The notes under the pieces were generated by a model that saw only the letters and a list, made by a program, of their open reading frames with translations, did no database searches and was not told the origin of the DNA. Shown one piece after another: positions 8,025-18,601 of a stretch of DNA of 64,000 nt (position 1 is its first letter; every line of letters begins with the position of its first letter). A program made the position numbers and the translations under genes. Source of the stretch: an uncultured Gammaproteobacteria bacterium (GTDB lineage Bacteria > Patescibacteriota > Microgenomatia > UBA12405); the NCBI GenBank assembly GCA_964544275.1, contig CAZIZX010000001.1, forward strand, positions 196,342-260,341, written 5' to 3'.

Positions 8025-10709
8025 ATGTTCAATGCTTTAAAAAATTTTTTTGACGAAAACCAAAAGAAACTTAAGTCCTATCAAAAAATTGTCACCAGTA
8101 TCAACAGTCTTGAATCTGAAATAAGCAAACTTTCCGACAAGAAACTCAAAGAAAAAACCGGTTATTTTAAAAAATTACTTAACGACGGTAAAACTGTTGA
8201 CGAGATATTGCCACAAGCATTTGCTGTCGTTCGCGAGGCCATCAAAAGGACTGTCGGTGAAAGGGCCTATGACGTTCAATTATTAGCCGCCATTACTCTC
8301 CATTACGGATCTATTGCCGAGCAAAGAACCGGAGAGGGCAAGACTCATTCAGTAATTTTTCCTGCTTATCTTAATGCTTTATCCGGCCAGGGCGTACACA
8401 TTATTACCCCCAACGACTATCTAACCCGAGTAGGTACCGGCTGGTACCCTAAGGCTCTTCATTTTTTAGGTGTTTCCACTGCCTCTATCGTTCACGAACA
8501 ATCATTTATCCTCGACCCGGAATATACCGATACTACAGAAAAATTTGATGATCGTCTAGCCCACCTTCGCCCTATTTCTCGAAAAGAAGCTTATTTGGCC
8601 GATGTTACTTACGGCACCAATAATGAGTTTGGTTTTGACTACCTTCGTGACCACATGGTTTCCGAAGCCCAAAATATGGTTCAACGGCCCCATCATTATG
8701 CCATTGTTGATGAAGTCGACTTTGTTTTGATTGATGAAGCCCGAACCCCTCTTATCATCTCCTCTCCGAACAACCAACCTGTCGACAAGTATTACAAATT
8801 TGCTCAAATCGCCGCCCAGCTCCAAGAAAACGACTATATAATTGATGAAAAGTCTCGCTCCGCCACACTCACTGAATACGGCATTCGCAAAGTCGAAAGA
8901 GTTTTGAATGTCAAAAATCTCTACGAAGAGTCATTTGAGACCATTCATTATATCGAAAATGCCATCAAAGCTAGAGCTCTTTTTCACAAGGACAAAGATT
9001 ATGTCATCAAAGACAACCAAATCATCATTGTCGATGAGTTTACCGGTCGCCTTATGAATGGCCGGCGCTGGTCGGATGGTCTTCATCAGGCGGTTGAAGC
9101 CAAAGAAAATGTCCCTGTCCAACGGGAATCCCAAACTTGGGCCACCATTACTTTCCAAAACTATTTTCGTCTCTACCAAAAATTAGCCGGCATGACCGGC
9201 ACAGCCATCACCGAATCGGAAGAATTCAAGAAAATTTACAATCTTGACGTTTTATCTATTCCCACTCACCGAGACATCCAAAGAACTGACAGTAACGATT
9301 TAATTTTCAAAACCCAGAGAGCTAAATACACAGCTATTGCCGCCAAGGTGGAAGAATTACACCAAAAAGGCCAACCCGTCTTGATTGGTACCACTTCAAT
9401 TGAAAAAAATCAGATATTGTCATCTCTTCTTCGCAAAACCGGCATTCCATACCAAATGCTTAACGCCAAAAACCACCAATCAGAGGCTGAAATTATTGCT
9501 AAAGCTGGTATGAAAGGTTCCGTCACCGTGGCTACCAACATGGCTGGTAGGGGAGTCGATATCATCCTGGGCGGACCTAAAGACGGTGTTGACCCCAAAA
9601 AGTGGGAAAAAGACCATCAGGAAGTTGTCGATCTTGGTGGTTTATTCGTCATTGGTACCGAACGTCACGAATCCAGGAGAATAGACAACCAGCTTCGGGG
9701 CCGGGCCGGAAGGCAGGGTGATCCTGGTTCCAGTCAATTTTATGTAGCCCTGGATGATGACTTAATGAGAATTTTTGGCGGCGAAAAAATAAGTAATCTA
9801 ATGACTAATTTCAATATGCCAGACGATACCCCCCTGACTCACCCCATAGTTTCTCGGGTTCTCGAACAAATTCAAGTCAAGGTTGAAGGTTATAACTTCG
9901 ATGTCAGAAAAAGTTTGGTCGAGTATGACGATGTTATCAACAAACAAAGAACTATCGTCTACAACTTGCGCGACAATGTTCTTCGAAACTATCTGGCCCA
10001 ACCCGACAAAAACAAGCAGGAGGTATTTAAATATCTTCAAAACCAAATCACCTCATTAATTGCACTCAATACTAATTACGACACCGGAAAACTAGATACC
10101 AAAAAATCCATCCTTGAATTTTCTGAAATTCTTCCTATGGACGATCGGTCTCGGGACCAAATCGAGGAAGATCTAAAAAAATCTAACAATCCTTCAGACT
10201 TTCTTTTGGCGATACTTGAAAAACAATGGCAGCAAAGAGTTGATTATTTTACTTCAGAAATTGCCAATAATATTCTTGTTTTTGCCATAATTACCACACT
10301 CGACCCACTCTGGGTCGAACACCTGACTTCCCTCGACGATCTTCGTGAAGGCGTCAGACTTCGAGGTTACGCCCAAAAGGACCCTCTAATCGAATACCGC
10401 AAAGAAGGTTTTGACATGTTCCAAAAATTGATGAACCAATTTGAGTACAATCTTGCCCGAAAACTTTTCCGCCTTGAGCCGATTACCATCCCCCAGGCCC
10501 AAACAGTTCCTGAAAATGCCAGTGAAACCCGTGGAGAAATACTTAACCTGTCTGAATCCTCCAACGATATTGATCTTAATAATCCTCAGATAGTTAATAC
10601 CAAAAATCAACCCGCCGCCGCTGTTACCAGAGCTCCTTCAAGAAACGGGCCTTGTCCCTGCGGTTCAGGTAAAAAATATAAAAAATGCTGTTACCCTAAA
10701 TTTGGTTAA
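8025..10709 (+). CDS. secA: Preprotein translocase ATPase SecA.
   Basis: DEAD-like motor motifs RAYDVQLLAAITLH, TGEGKT and LIDEARTPLIIS, plus an intramolecular regulator region. The C-terminal CPCGSGKKYKKCC is the SecA zinc-finger tail. Confidence 0.95.
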   Translation: MFNALKNFFDENQKKLKSYQKIVTSINSLESEISKLSDKKLKEKTGYFKKLLNDGKTVDEILPQAFAVVREAIKRTVGERAYDVQLLAAITLHYGSIAEQRTGEGKTHSVIFPAYLNALSGQGVHIITPNDYLTRVGTGWYPKALHFLGVSTASIVHEQSFILDPEYTDTTEKFDDRLAHLRPISRKEAYLADVTYGTNNEFGFDYLRDHMVSEAQNMVQRPHHYAIVDEVDFVLIDEARTPLIISSPNNQPVDKYYKFAQIAAQLQENDYIIDEKSRSATLTEYGIRKVERVLNVKNLYEESFETIHYIENAIKARALFHKDKDYVIKDNQIIIVDEFTGRLMNGRRWSDGLHQAVEAKENVPVQRESQTWATITFQNYFRLYQKLAGMTGTAITESEEFKKIYNLDVLSIPTHRDIQRTDSNDLIFKTQRAKYTAIAAKVEELHQKGQPVLIGTTSIEKNQILSSLLRKTGIPYQMLNAKNHQSEAEIIAKAGMKGSVTVATNMAGRGVDIILGGPKDGVDPKKWEKDHQEVVDLGGLFVIGTERHESRRIDNQLRGRAGRQGDPGSSQFYVALDDDLMRIFGGEKISNLMTNFNMPDDTPLTHPIVSRVLEQIQVKVEGYNFDVRKSLVEYDDVINKQRTIVYNLRDNVLRNYLAQPDKNKQEVFKYLQNQITSLIALNTNYDTGKLDTKKSILEFSEILPMDDRSRDQIEEDLKKSNNPSDFLLAILEKQWQQRVDYFTSEIANNILVFAIITTLDPLWVEHLTSLDDLREGVRLRGYAQKDPLIEYRKEGFDMFQKLMNQFEYNLARKLFRLEPITIPQAQTVPENASETRGEILNLSESSNDIDLNNPQIVNTKNQPAAAVTRAPSRNGPCPCGSGKKYKKCCYPKFG

Positions 10710-10724
10710 TAATACAATCAACCA

Positions 10725-11747
10725 ATGCCACCTTTAATCAAAACGTCAGCTCCCCAAATTCTAAATCGGATAAATCAGTCCCGAAACATTCTTCTTCATT
10801 GCCATCCCGCTCCCGACGGAGATAGTTTAGGTAGCGTATTAGCCATGGCAATCTATCTCATTAGTCTCCGCAAAAACGTAACGGTAATAAAAGGAGATTC
10901 AGAACTACCGCGCAATTTCGATCATCTCCCAGGTTTTTCGCTTATCGAAGAAAAAACGTTTTTTGATATTGATATAAACCAATATGACCTTTTTTTAATT
11001 CTTGATACTGCCGATTTAAACCAAATAAGTAAAATTGACAAAGTCTCTTTTCCACCCCATCTTGACACCATCACTATCGACCACCATGCCAGCAATCCCG
11101 GCTTTTCCAAATTCAACCTTATCGACCATAACTCACCTTCAACTTGTCAGATAATCGCTCAATTGTTTGACCATTGGGGAGTAATTCTTAATCATGATAT
11201 CGCCATTAATCTATTTGTTGGTATCTACACCGACACAGGCGGTTTCAAATATCCCAAAACAACCAGTCAGACTTTTGAAATAATCTCCAAACTTGTAAAA
11301 CACGCCCCAGACTTCCCTGACTATATTTTCCAGATAGAAAACCAAAGCGAATCTGGACAAATTAGATTTAGAGCCGCTGCCTTAAATAACATCACGGAAT
11401 ACTTTAATGGTCGGGTAGTTTTTTCCACAGTTTCTTTCAAAACCCTCCAAAAATATCGGGTATCACGAAGTCACACCGAAAAATCAGACATCGCCAATTT
11501 ACTCAAGTCGGTAATTGGTTGGGATATCACTGCCAGCATCGTCGAAATAGAACCCGAAACCTGTGCCATTAGTTTCCGTACTCGAGATGCCCAAAAATAT
11601 GACCTTTCACTGATTGCTTCCGCTACCGGTAGTGGCGGGGGGCATCCAGCTGCTGCTGGCGCTACAGTAAAAAATACACCCAAGTCCACTGAAAAGTATT
11701 TAATTAAGATAATAAAAAGCTTACATCCTGAACTCGGCGAGCCTTAA
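10725..11747 (+). CDS. DHH/DHHA1-family phosphoesterase (NrnA-like bifunctional oligoribonuclease/pAp phosphatase).
   Basis: LLHCHPAPDGDSLGS is the DHH motif I region. The DHH motif TIDHHASN and the DHHA1 motif GGGHPAAAGA are present. Confidence 0.75.
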   Translation: MPPLIKTSAPQILNRINQSRNILLHCHPAPDGDSLGSVLAMAIYLISLRKNVTVIKGDSELPRNFDHLPGFSLIEEKTFFDIDINQYDLFLILDTADLNQISKIDKVSFPPHLDTITIDHHASNPGFSKFNLIDHNSPSTCQIIAQLFDHWGVILNHDIAINLFVGIYTDTGGFKYPKTTSQTFEIISKLVKHAPDFPDYIFQIENQSESGQIRFRAAALNNITEYFNGRVVFSTVSFKTLQKYRVSRSHTEKSDIANLLKSVIGWDITASIVEIEPETCAISFRTRDAQKYDLSLIASATGSGGGHPAAAGATVKNTPKSTEKYLIKIIKSLHPELGEP

Positions 11748-11763
11748 GTGATATTATTTAGTC

Positions 11764-12168
11764 ATGGACCCAAATTGTGTTTTCTGTAAAATTGTGAAAG
11801 GTAGTTTAAGCAAGTACGTTACTTACGAAGACAATGATTTCTTGGGTTTCCTAGATATCCATCCGCTTACCAAAGGCAATTCTTTACTTGTTCCCAAAAA
11901 TCATTACCGTTGGGTCTATGATGTTCCCAAATTTGGTAAATATTGGCAAATAGCCCAAAAGATCGCCCTGTCTTCCATAGAAACACTTTCTGCTCAATCG
12001 GTTTCATTCCTGACCTTGGGCTACGAAGTTCCCCACGCCCACATTCGGATCATTCCCCGTTTCCCCAATGATGCCCACCAAAACGGAGTTAACGTCCACC
12101 ATCAGGAAACATTTTCCGAAAACGATATGCTAAAAATAGCCCAATCCATAAAGGAAAATATAAAATGA
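11764..12168 (+). CDS. HIT-family (histidine triad) nucleotide hydrolase.
   Basis: N-terminal CVFCKI. A histidine triad-like motif VPHAHIRIIPR sits in the expected C-terminal position. Confidence 0.75.
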   Translation: MDPNCVFCKIVKGSLSKYVTYEDNDFLGFLDIHPLTKGNSLLVPKNHYRWVYDVPKFGKYWQIAQKIALSSIETLSAQSVSFLTLGYEVPHAHIRIIPRFPNDAHQNGVNVHHQETFSENDMLKIAQSIKENIK

Positions 12169-12446
12169 AAAACACTAAATTGCTTCGACTTGAAATAAAG
12201 AGACTAAACAGCAAGCTAGATCAGATTAGCCATCAAAGTCGCTTTATGGTTTACAATGCCAACCCTTGGAAATTTGCCCTTTATAACTTTATCGCCGGCA
12301 TTTTTCATTCTCTCGGCTCTCTGGTTGGTACCGCCGTTATCGCCGCCGCCATTGTTTATTTTCTTCGTGAAATTAATTTAGCCGAAATTATTATGAATTT
12401 CTTCAACCAGATACTTGAGCAGAACGCTGCTTTCTTTCGGCCCTGA
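12165..12446 (+). CDS. Small membrane protein, function unknown.
   Basis: 93-aa ORF whose ATG overlaps the HIT stop (ATGA). It has one strongly hydrophobic segment (FALYNFIAGIFHSLGSLVGTAVIAAAIVYF). Its 3' end overlaps the convergent typA stop. Confidence 0.4.
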   Translation: MKNTKLLRLEIKRLNSKLDQISHQSRFMVYNANPWKFALYNFIAGIFHSLGSLVGTAVIAAAIVYFLREINLAEIIMNFFNQILEQNAAFFRP

Positions 12447-14259
12447 CTCGATCTATTTTTGACAGATATTTTTTCCTTAATCGGATATTCTTTGGTGTTA
12501 CATCAATCAGCTCGTCAGCCTCAATAAAGTCCAGGCACTCCTCAAGGCTATATTTAACTGCCGGTGACAAAATTATTGAATCATCGTTTCCTGAAGATCT
12601 CATATTTGTCAACTGTTTACCTTTACAAACATTAACCTCCAAGTCACCCACAATTGGCCTGATTCCCACAATTTGACCTTCATATATGTCTTCACCTGGT
12701 TCAACAAAAATAATTCCTCTTTTCTGAGCTAAGTCCAAACCATAAGATACAGCTTTTCCCGATTCTGAGGCAACCAACACGCCATTTCTCTCTTTTTTGC
12801 TACCTTCTTTTATTTCTTCATATCCCAAAAATAAAAAATTCAAAGATACCGACCCCCTGGTTTCCGTCATCAATACACTTCTTAACCCCAAAGCGTTCTT
12901 CTCACTAATTTTATAAACAGCCTTTATCCCATTACCTTCATTGACCATATCCAACATCTCAGCCTTCCTTTTCCCCAGTTCCGCGCTAATTACTCCAAAA
13001 TACTCTTCCGAAGTCAAAATCGTTAGTTCATTAACCGGTTCGCATATTTTACCCTCAATGGTTTTCAAAATTACTTCCGGCTTACCAATTTCCATAGCAT
13101 AACCTTCCCGCCTTAATCTTTCGATCAAAATAGCCAAATGTAACTCACCTCTACCAGACACCAGCACCCTGATACTATCAGTTGGGTCTTCTGCCACTTT
13201 TATCCCCAGATCAGTCAACGCTTCCTCGTACAGTCGGCTTTTTAATTCTCTACTGGTTAAATATTTTGACTCTTCCCTGGCAAATTTAGCTGTATTTGGT
13301 CCGAAACTCGACTTTAAGGTTGGCTGGCCTATCTCCATATCCGCCAGCGCCACTTGAAAATTTATATCTGTTATTGTCTGACCGATTTTTATATCAGGAA
13401 TTCCGGCCAGGTATATGATTTCACCACTACCAGCCTCGTCCACCTCCACCTTATTAATTCCTTCATTAACATAAAGTTTTTCAATTTTAAAATTGTTACT
13501 TACTTTTTGGTCCGAATTTATCAAAGAAACATATTGTCCTTTCTTAACCACTCCCTGACTAACTCTTCCCACGGCCAATCTACCCAAATATTCATTCCGC
13601 TCAAAAGCCGATACCAGCAACTGAAAAGGTTCATTCGGGTTCTTATTGGCACTTGGAATATATCTCAATATCGTTTCAAATAGGGGAGAGGTGTCACCGG
13701 TATTATCACCTCTCTCCGGTATTTCATAAAAAGTTTTCCCTTCCTTTCCTATTGCGTATATTACCGGAAAGTCCAAAAGATCCAGATTGTTAGCCAACGA
13801 CAAAAATAAGTTTTCTGTGTCCGAAATCACTTCTTTTATTCGAGAATCACTCCGGTCAATTTTGTTAATCACTAAAATTATTTTCAGGCCATATTCCAAC
13901 GCCCTTTTCAAGACAAATTTTGTTTGAGACAACGGCCCTTCAGCTGCGTCAACGATCAGCAAGGCTCCATCAGCCATATTCAGAACCCTCTCCACTTCTC
14001 CGCCAAAATCGGCATGACCCGGAGTATCGATGATATTAATTTTGCAATTTTTATAAAACACCGACGTGTTTTTGGATAATATGGTAATCCCTTTTTCTCT
14101 TTCCAAATCATTGCTGTCCATAATCCGTTCTTTCTGCATTTCTTCCTGGTTTTCACGGAAAGTATGGGTCTGTTTCAAAAGAGCATCAACCAGTGTAGTC
14201 TTGCCATGATCAACATGAGCAATCACCGCCACATTTTTAATATCGCTAAAATTCGGCAT
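12403..14259 (-). CDS. typA: Translational GTPase TypA/BipA.
   Basis: G1-G4 motifs AHVDHGKTTL, DTPGHADF and NKIDR. EF-G-like domains and the TypA-specific C-terminal domain are present. Confidence 0.95.
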   Translation of the reverse strand: MPNFSDIKNVAVIAHVDHGKTTLVDALLKQTHTFRENQEEMQKERIMDSNDLEREKGITILSKNTSVFYKNCKINIIDTPGHADFGGEVERVLNMADGALLIVDAAEGPLSQTKFVLKRALEYGLKIILVINKIDRSDSRIKEVISDTENLFLSLANNLDLLDFPVIYAIGKEGKTFYEIPERGDNTGDTSPLFETILRYIPSANKNPNEPFQLLVSAFERNEYLGRLAVGRVSQGVVKKGQYVSLINSDQKVSNNFKIEKLYVNEGINKVEVDEAGSGEIIYLAGIPDIKIGQTITDINFQVALADMEIGQPTLKSSFGPNTAKFAREESKYLTSRELKSRLYEEALTDLGIKVAEDPTDSIRVLVSGRGELHLAILIERLRREGYAMEIGKPEVILKTIEGKICEPVNELTILTSEEYFGVISAELGKRKAEMLDMVNEGNGIKAVYKISEKNALGLRSVLMTETRGSVSLNFLFLGYEEIKEGSKKERNGVLVASESGKAVSYGLDLAQKRGIIFVEPGEDIYEGQIVGIRPIVGDLEVNVCKGKQLTNMRSSGNDDSIILSPAVKYSLEECLDFIEADELIDVTPKNIRLRKKYLSKIDRVRAERKQRSAQVSG

Positions 14260-14293
14260 CCGAGCATTATACCCTATATACAGTCAATTTATC

Positions 14294-15076
14294 TTGGTAA
14301 AATTCATGATAATGAAAAAAATTAGACCCTCTATTGTCTTGTTGACCATCTTTATCGTCCTTGGTCTGGTTTTATCTTTTTTTTCCAAAGCCAAGAATAA
14401 AATTGTCGATACTGGTGAAAAAGTTCAAAAACAAGTTGAAACCATAACCGAAACTATTATCCCAAAACCAACGGTGATCCTAGAATCAGGTATACCCGAT
14501 AAACACCTTATCGAAACCTCATTTGTACCCCAAGCACCCGAAAAAAATTGGGACCAACCCTGGCAGGATGCTTGTGAAGAAGCCGCCCTGCTTACTGCCT
14601 ATTATTATCTTGAAAACAAAACACCCAGTCTCTCCGAAGTCAAAAACGATCTTTTGTCAATTATTAACCATCAGGAATCAGTCGGGCTCTCAAAAGATGT
14701 CAATCTGGCTCAGTTGTCAAAAACCGCCAACGATCATTTAAATTATCAATCTCACATTTTAGATAATCCCACTCTGGACGATATCAAAAAACTAATCGCC
14801 CAAGACATTCCTGTAATAGTTCCAGCCAGTGGCAAAAAATTATTCAAAGAAAATCGGCATTTTAACTCCGGCGGCCCTTATTACCACGCTCTAACTATTT
14901 TAGGTTACGACGATAATAGGCAAAAGTTTACTGTTCACGATGTCGGTACCCAGTATGGAGCCTATTTTAATTATTCATACACTCTACTAATGGATAGTAT
15001 TCACGATTTTCCAACTAGCGGTCACAAAGAAGATATTGCTCAAGGCCAGAGTCGGATTATGTATCTGATAAAATAG
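14294..15076 (+). CDS. Secreted or membrane-anchored papain-like (peptidase C39-like) domain protein.
   Basis: N-terminal TM anchor. The conserved QAPEKNWDQPWQDACEEAAL carries a candidate catalytic Cys, and HALTILGYDD carries a candidate His, in the order typical of C39-like/BtrH-type domains. Confidence 0.45.
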   Translation: MVKFMIMKKIRPSIVLLTIFIVLGLVLSFFSKAKNKIVDTGEKVQKQVETITETIIPKPTVILESGIPDKHLIETSFVPQAPEKNWDQPWQDACEEAALLTAYYYLENKTPSLSEVKNDLLSIINHQESVGLSKDVNLAQLSKTANDHLNYQSHILDNPTLDDIKKLIAQDIPVIVPASGKKLFKENRHFNSGGPYYHALTILGYDDNRQKFTVHDVGTQYGAYFNYSYTLLMDSIHDFPTSGHKEDIAQGQSRIMYLIK

Positions 15077-15079
15077 ATC

Positions 15080-15685
15080 ATGAAATCAAATTACCTGGCA
15101 TTTTTATTCATTCTCATCTTCTCGTTTTTCTTATCAGCCTGTTCTCTGGGCAGCAATAACGACAGCAACCTTGATTTAAGTGGTAGCTTCAACAATGAAA
15201 CCCTCATTACTGAATCTCAACCGTCCTTATCTCCAAACACCTTAACCGAAGATGACACCATCGTCGCTCTGAAAACTCAAAATGGCCAAATAGTTATCAG
15301 GCTTTTCCCTCAACATTCGCCCAACACCGTCAAAAATTTTTTAAACAAAGTCAACTCAGGCTTCTATGACGGATTGACCTTTCACCGTGTTGAACCTAAT
15401 TTCGTTGTCCAAGGGGGAGATCCAAGGGGTGATGGCACCGGTGGTGGCACTATTTCCTCCGAAATAAATTCCCTACCGTTTACTCAAACTTCTGTCGGTA
15501 TGGCCCGGGGCAACAACAGACAACTGTCAAATGACAGCCAATTTTTCATCTGCCTTAGTACCGAAAGTTGTCAACATTTAACTGGTGAATACGTCAATTT
15601 CGGTCAAGTTATTTCCGGCTTTGAATTTGTTGAAAACATCAAAGTTGGTGACCAAATATTAGAAATTACTACTCAAACTAAATGA
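15080..15685 (+). CDS. Cyclophilin-type peptidyl-prolyl cis-trans isomerase, lipoprotein.
   Basis: Signal peptide with lipobox LSAC. Cyclophilin core motifs FHRVEPNFVVQGGDPRGDGTGG and SQFFICL are present. Confidence 0.85.
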   Translation: MKSNYLAFLFILIFSFFLSACSLGSNNDSNLDLSGSFNNETLITESQPSLSPNTLTEDDTIVALKTQNGQIVIRLFPQHSPNTVKNFLNKVNSGFYDGLTFHRVEPNFVVQGGDPRGDGTGGGTISSEINSLPFTQTSVGMARGNNRQLSNDSQFFICLSTESCQHLTGEYVNFGQVISGFEFVENIKVGDQILEITTQTK

Positions 15686-16056
15686 AAAAATTCCTTCCGC
15701 TTATCTTAATTATTGTCATCCCTTTATTTTTTATTTTCCGATCTTCAACCGGAAATATTAAGGGTTCGATTGACAATAAACTGGACTATAGCCACTTAAC
15801 TATTTTTTCCACCCTCACTTGTCCTCACTGTAAAGTTGTCAAAGATTATATCAATCAAAATAATATCAATATTAATGTTATTGATATCACTTCCATAAAC
15901 GAACAAAATCAGTTTCAGCAGGCAGTCAGCAGCTGCTCTCCTCCGCAAAAACTGGAAGAGACCGGAGTTCCATTCCTTTTTAACCCGAATGACAATTCTT
16001 GTATTATGGGTGACACGCCTATAATTGATTACTTGGAAAACAATAAACCCCAATAA
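15682..16056 (+). CDS. Membrane-anchored glutaredoxin/thioredoxin-fold protein (CPHC active site).
   Basis: N-terminal TM helix, followed by IFSTLTCPHCKVVKDY (CxxC redox motif in a glutaredoxin-like context) and a C-terminal GVPFLF. Confidence 0.55.
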   Translation: MKKFLPLILIIVIPLFFIFRSSTGNIKGSIDNKLDYSHLTIFSTLTCPHCKVVKDYINQNNININVIDITSINEQNQFQQAVSSCSPPQKLEETGVPFLFNPNDNSCIMGDTPIIDYLENNKPQ

Positions 16057-16072
16057 ATTGCTAAAATAAATT

Positions 16073-16459
16073 GTGTCTCCAACGGTAAAAACCAAAGAGA
16101 AAGAGTTCAAATTATCTCCAAAAGTGATCTTCCGTCTTATTATCTTTTTCGCTTTAATCTACTTTCTTATAAATTATCTATCCAAAGGCGCGCCCATCAC
16201 CCAGACAACATCAAATCCAGATCCGACAGTCTTAGGCGAAGAAATTACCTTGGATCACTTTTATTCCTCACTGCCAGAAAACACCAAGGTTTTTTTAGAT
16301 AATTCTTCAAACCATCCTGTTATAATTGAAATTCAGGAAAAGCTCAACGATTTAAAGAGCCTAACCAAAGATTTCCCTCAAAAACAGATTAAAGAATTCA
16401 AAAAAACTCTAGTCAAAAACATATCGGAAGAAATATTAAGAAGTATTGACGAAGAATAA
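16073..16459 (+). CDS. Hypothetical membrane-anchored protein.
   Basis: 128-aa ORF with one N-terminal TM helix and an acidic C-terminus. I recognise no domain. Confidence 0.35.
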   Translation: MSPTVKTKEKEFKLSPKVIFRLIIFFALIYFLINYLSKGAPITQTTSNPDPTVLGEEITLDHFYSSLPENTKVFLDNSSNHPVIIEIQEKLNDLKSLTKDFPQKQIKEFKKTLVKNISEEILRSIDEE

Positions 16460-16462
16460 GAC

Positions 16463-17536
16463 ATGACCTATTTCCAAGATCTAAAAACCAAGCTCGATTT
16501 TCTAAAAGAAAAACTAGCTTACCCCGATAATCTCCAAAAACTTTCAGACCTTAAATCTGAAACTGAAAACCCCGGCTTTTGGGACAACGCTCTTGTTGCC
16601 CAAGAAAAAATGCAACAGTTGTCAGATCTCCAAAAGCAGATTGATGACATCCAAACTATCGAAAGCGATATTACTTCAGCCCAAGAATTCTCTCAGCTTC
16701 TTTCCTCTGAACCCGATTCTGGCCTCCAAAAAGAGTTTGACTTATCTCTCAAAGAGCTGGAGCGGAAAATATCTGTACTTGAAAACAAAATATTTCTATC
16801 AGGCAGATATGATTCCAATTTTGCCATACTCTCGATTCATTCCGGACAGGGAGGCACCGAAGCCATGGATTGGGCTTCCATGCTCCAGCGCATGTATATG
16901 CGCTATTTTGAAAGACAAAGTTGGTCCCACCAGCTGATCGACATCACTCCCGGTGATGAAGCCGGTATCAAAGCCGTCCATTTTAAAATCAACCAACCCT
17001 GGGCCTATGGTTATCTTCGGCGTGAATCAGGAGTCCACCGGCTGGTTCGCCTGTCTCCTTTTAATGCCGATCAGCTTCGCCAAACGTCTTTTGCCAAAGT
17101 CGAAGTTACTCCAGTATTTGAAAATAACTCGGAAATTGAAGTTAATCCTCAGGATATAGAATTCTCAGCCTATCGGGCTGGTGGCCACGGCGGACAAAAC
17201 GTCAATAAGGTCAGCACTGCCGTTAGGTTAGTCCACAAACCTACCGGGATCACCGTCTCTTCCCAGAGCCAAAGATCTCAGGATCAAAATCGCCAGTTGG
17301 CCATGGAAATGCTTTCTTCAAAGTTATGGGCTATAGCAGAAGAAAAAAAGCAGACCGAAAAACATGAAGCCAAAGGAGACAATATTATTGCCGGATGGGG
17401 CCGTCAGATCCGATCTTATGTCCTCCATCCCTACAAAATGGTCAAAGACCTTCGGACCCGACATGAAACTTCAGATACCGCTTCCGTGCTGGACGGTGAT
17501 CTTGATGCCTTTATTGAAAGTGAGTTAAGATTGTAA
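16463..17536 (+). CDS. prfB: Peptide chain release factor 2, encoded in a single frame with no programmed frameshift.
   Basis: RF2-specific SPF motif ([10 protein letters not shown]...RQTSFA) and the GGQ motif ([13 protein letters not shown]). The RF-1/RF-2 core is present, and the N-terminal region has no in-frame stop. Confidence 0.9.
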   Translation: MTYFQDLKTKLDFLKEKLAYPDNLQKLSDLKSETENPGFWDNALVAQEKMQQLSDLQKQIDDIQTIESDITSAQEFSQLLSSEPDSGLQKEFDLSLKELERKISVLENKIFLSGRYDSNFAILSIHSGQGGTEAMDWASMLQRMYMRYFERQSWSHQLIDITPGDEAGIKAVHFKINQPWAYGYLRRESGVHRLVRLSPFNADQLRQTSFAKVEVTPVFENNSEIEVNPQDIEFSAYRAGGHGGQNVNKVSTAVRLVHKPTGITVSSQSQRSQDQNRQLAMEMLSSKLWAIAEEKKQTEKHEAKGDNIIAGWGRQIRSYVLHPYKMVKDLRTRHETSDTASVLDGDLDAFIESELRL

Positions 17537-18601
17537 TTGCAAATGAAAATAAAACCCCTTTACCAAATAACTGCTATATCCTGCCTTGCCACTTTATTAT
17601 TAACTTTTCTGATTTACACGCCTCTATATTCTGTCGGCAGCCGTCTCTCTGCCAAATTCGGACAGCCCCTAAGATATTTTCCTGATACTATTCTGGAAGC
17701 AGTTAGCAACCATCTCAAACAACCGGTCAAAAAAATAAACTTTATTATCCTTGGTACCGATAAACGGGATGATTCCTTCGAAAAAAATGAAATGACCGAC
17801 ACTATCATCTTTGCCTCCTTTGACACTGCCAGTAAACGTATCAGCCTGGTATCTTTACCTCGTGACCTTTGGTATGAACCAACTCAGTCCAAGATCAATG
17901 CTTTTTATGAAAACTCCAAAGAAAGCAACAGTTCCGCCGACTTTGATCAAATTAAGGGCCACTATTCAGACCTTACAGGACAAAAAGTTGATCGATTACT
18001 CGTCATCGACACCAACGATCTGGTTGACTTTGTCAATCTGATTGGTGGCGTCGATGTTTATCTGGAAAGTGGATTTGTCGATCAGCAATACCCTAACCCC
18101 GAATACATCGAAAACCCCTCTCCTCAAATACCCATATACAAAACAATTGAGTTTCCCTCAGGGTATTCTCACTTGGACTCAACTAACATTACTGAATTTG
18201 TTCGGTCCCGAAAAGGCTCCGATGATCCTCAAACAGGCGGTACCGATCTAGGCCGTATCCAGCGACAGCAGTTACTTATTAATGCCATTATTGCCAAACT
18301 GTCTTCTGGTCAACTTAATGATTTGGACAACATCACCAGTCTCTATCAATTTTTTCATCACAATTTGGAAACAGATATTACCGACCTAGACCTTTTTCAA
18401 ATCATTCTGGCCATCAACGGCCAGTTTAATCAAGTTAAATTAGAAAAATTTGAAATACCCATTTCTGCCACTTATTCCAAAAGTGCTCTCATCTATCACC
18501 CCAACCGATTCAAAAATAATCAATGGGTTTTTCTACCTGCCGATCCCAGCTTAGACCAACTACATCAATTTATGACCGACTCTTTAAAAAATGACAACTG
18601 A
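17537..18601 (+). CDS. LytR-CpsA-Psr (LCP) family cell-envelope glycopolymer ligase.
   Basis: N-terminal TM helix. LCP core motifs ILGTDKRDD, DTIIFASFD and ISLVSLPRDLW are present. Confidence 0.8.
   Translation: MQMKIKPLYQITAISCLATLLLTFLIYTPLYSVGSRLSAKFGQPLRYFPDTILEAVSNHLKQPVKKINFIILGTDKRDDSFEKNEMTDTIIFASFDTASKRISLVSLPRDLWYEPTQSKINAFYENSKESNSSADFDQIKGHYSDLTGQKVDRLLVIDTNDLVDFVNLIGGVDVYLESGFVDQQYPNPEYIENPSPQIPIYKTIEFPSGYSHLDSTNITEFVRSRKGSDDPQTGGTDLGRIQRQQLLINAIIAKLSSGQLNDLDNITSLYQFFHHNLETDITDLDLFQIILAINGQFNQVKLEKFEIPISATYSKSALIYHPNRFKNNQWVFLPADPSLDQLHQFMTDSLKNDN

Noticed and set aside
16463-17536. Possible programmed +1 frameshift in prfB
   Set aside because: The RF2 reading frame is continuous from the N-terminal Met through the SPF and GGQ motifs. 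There is no in-frame UGA near codon 25, so this gene has no frameshift site.
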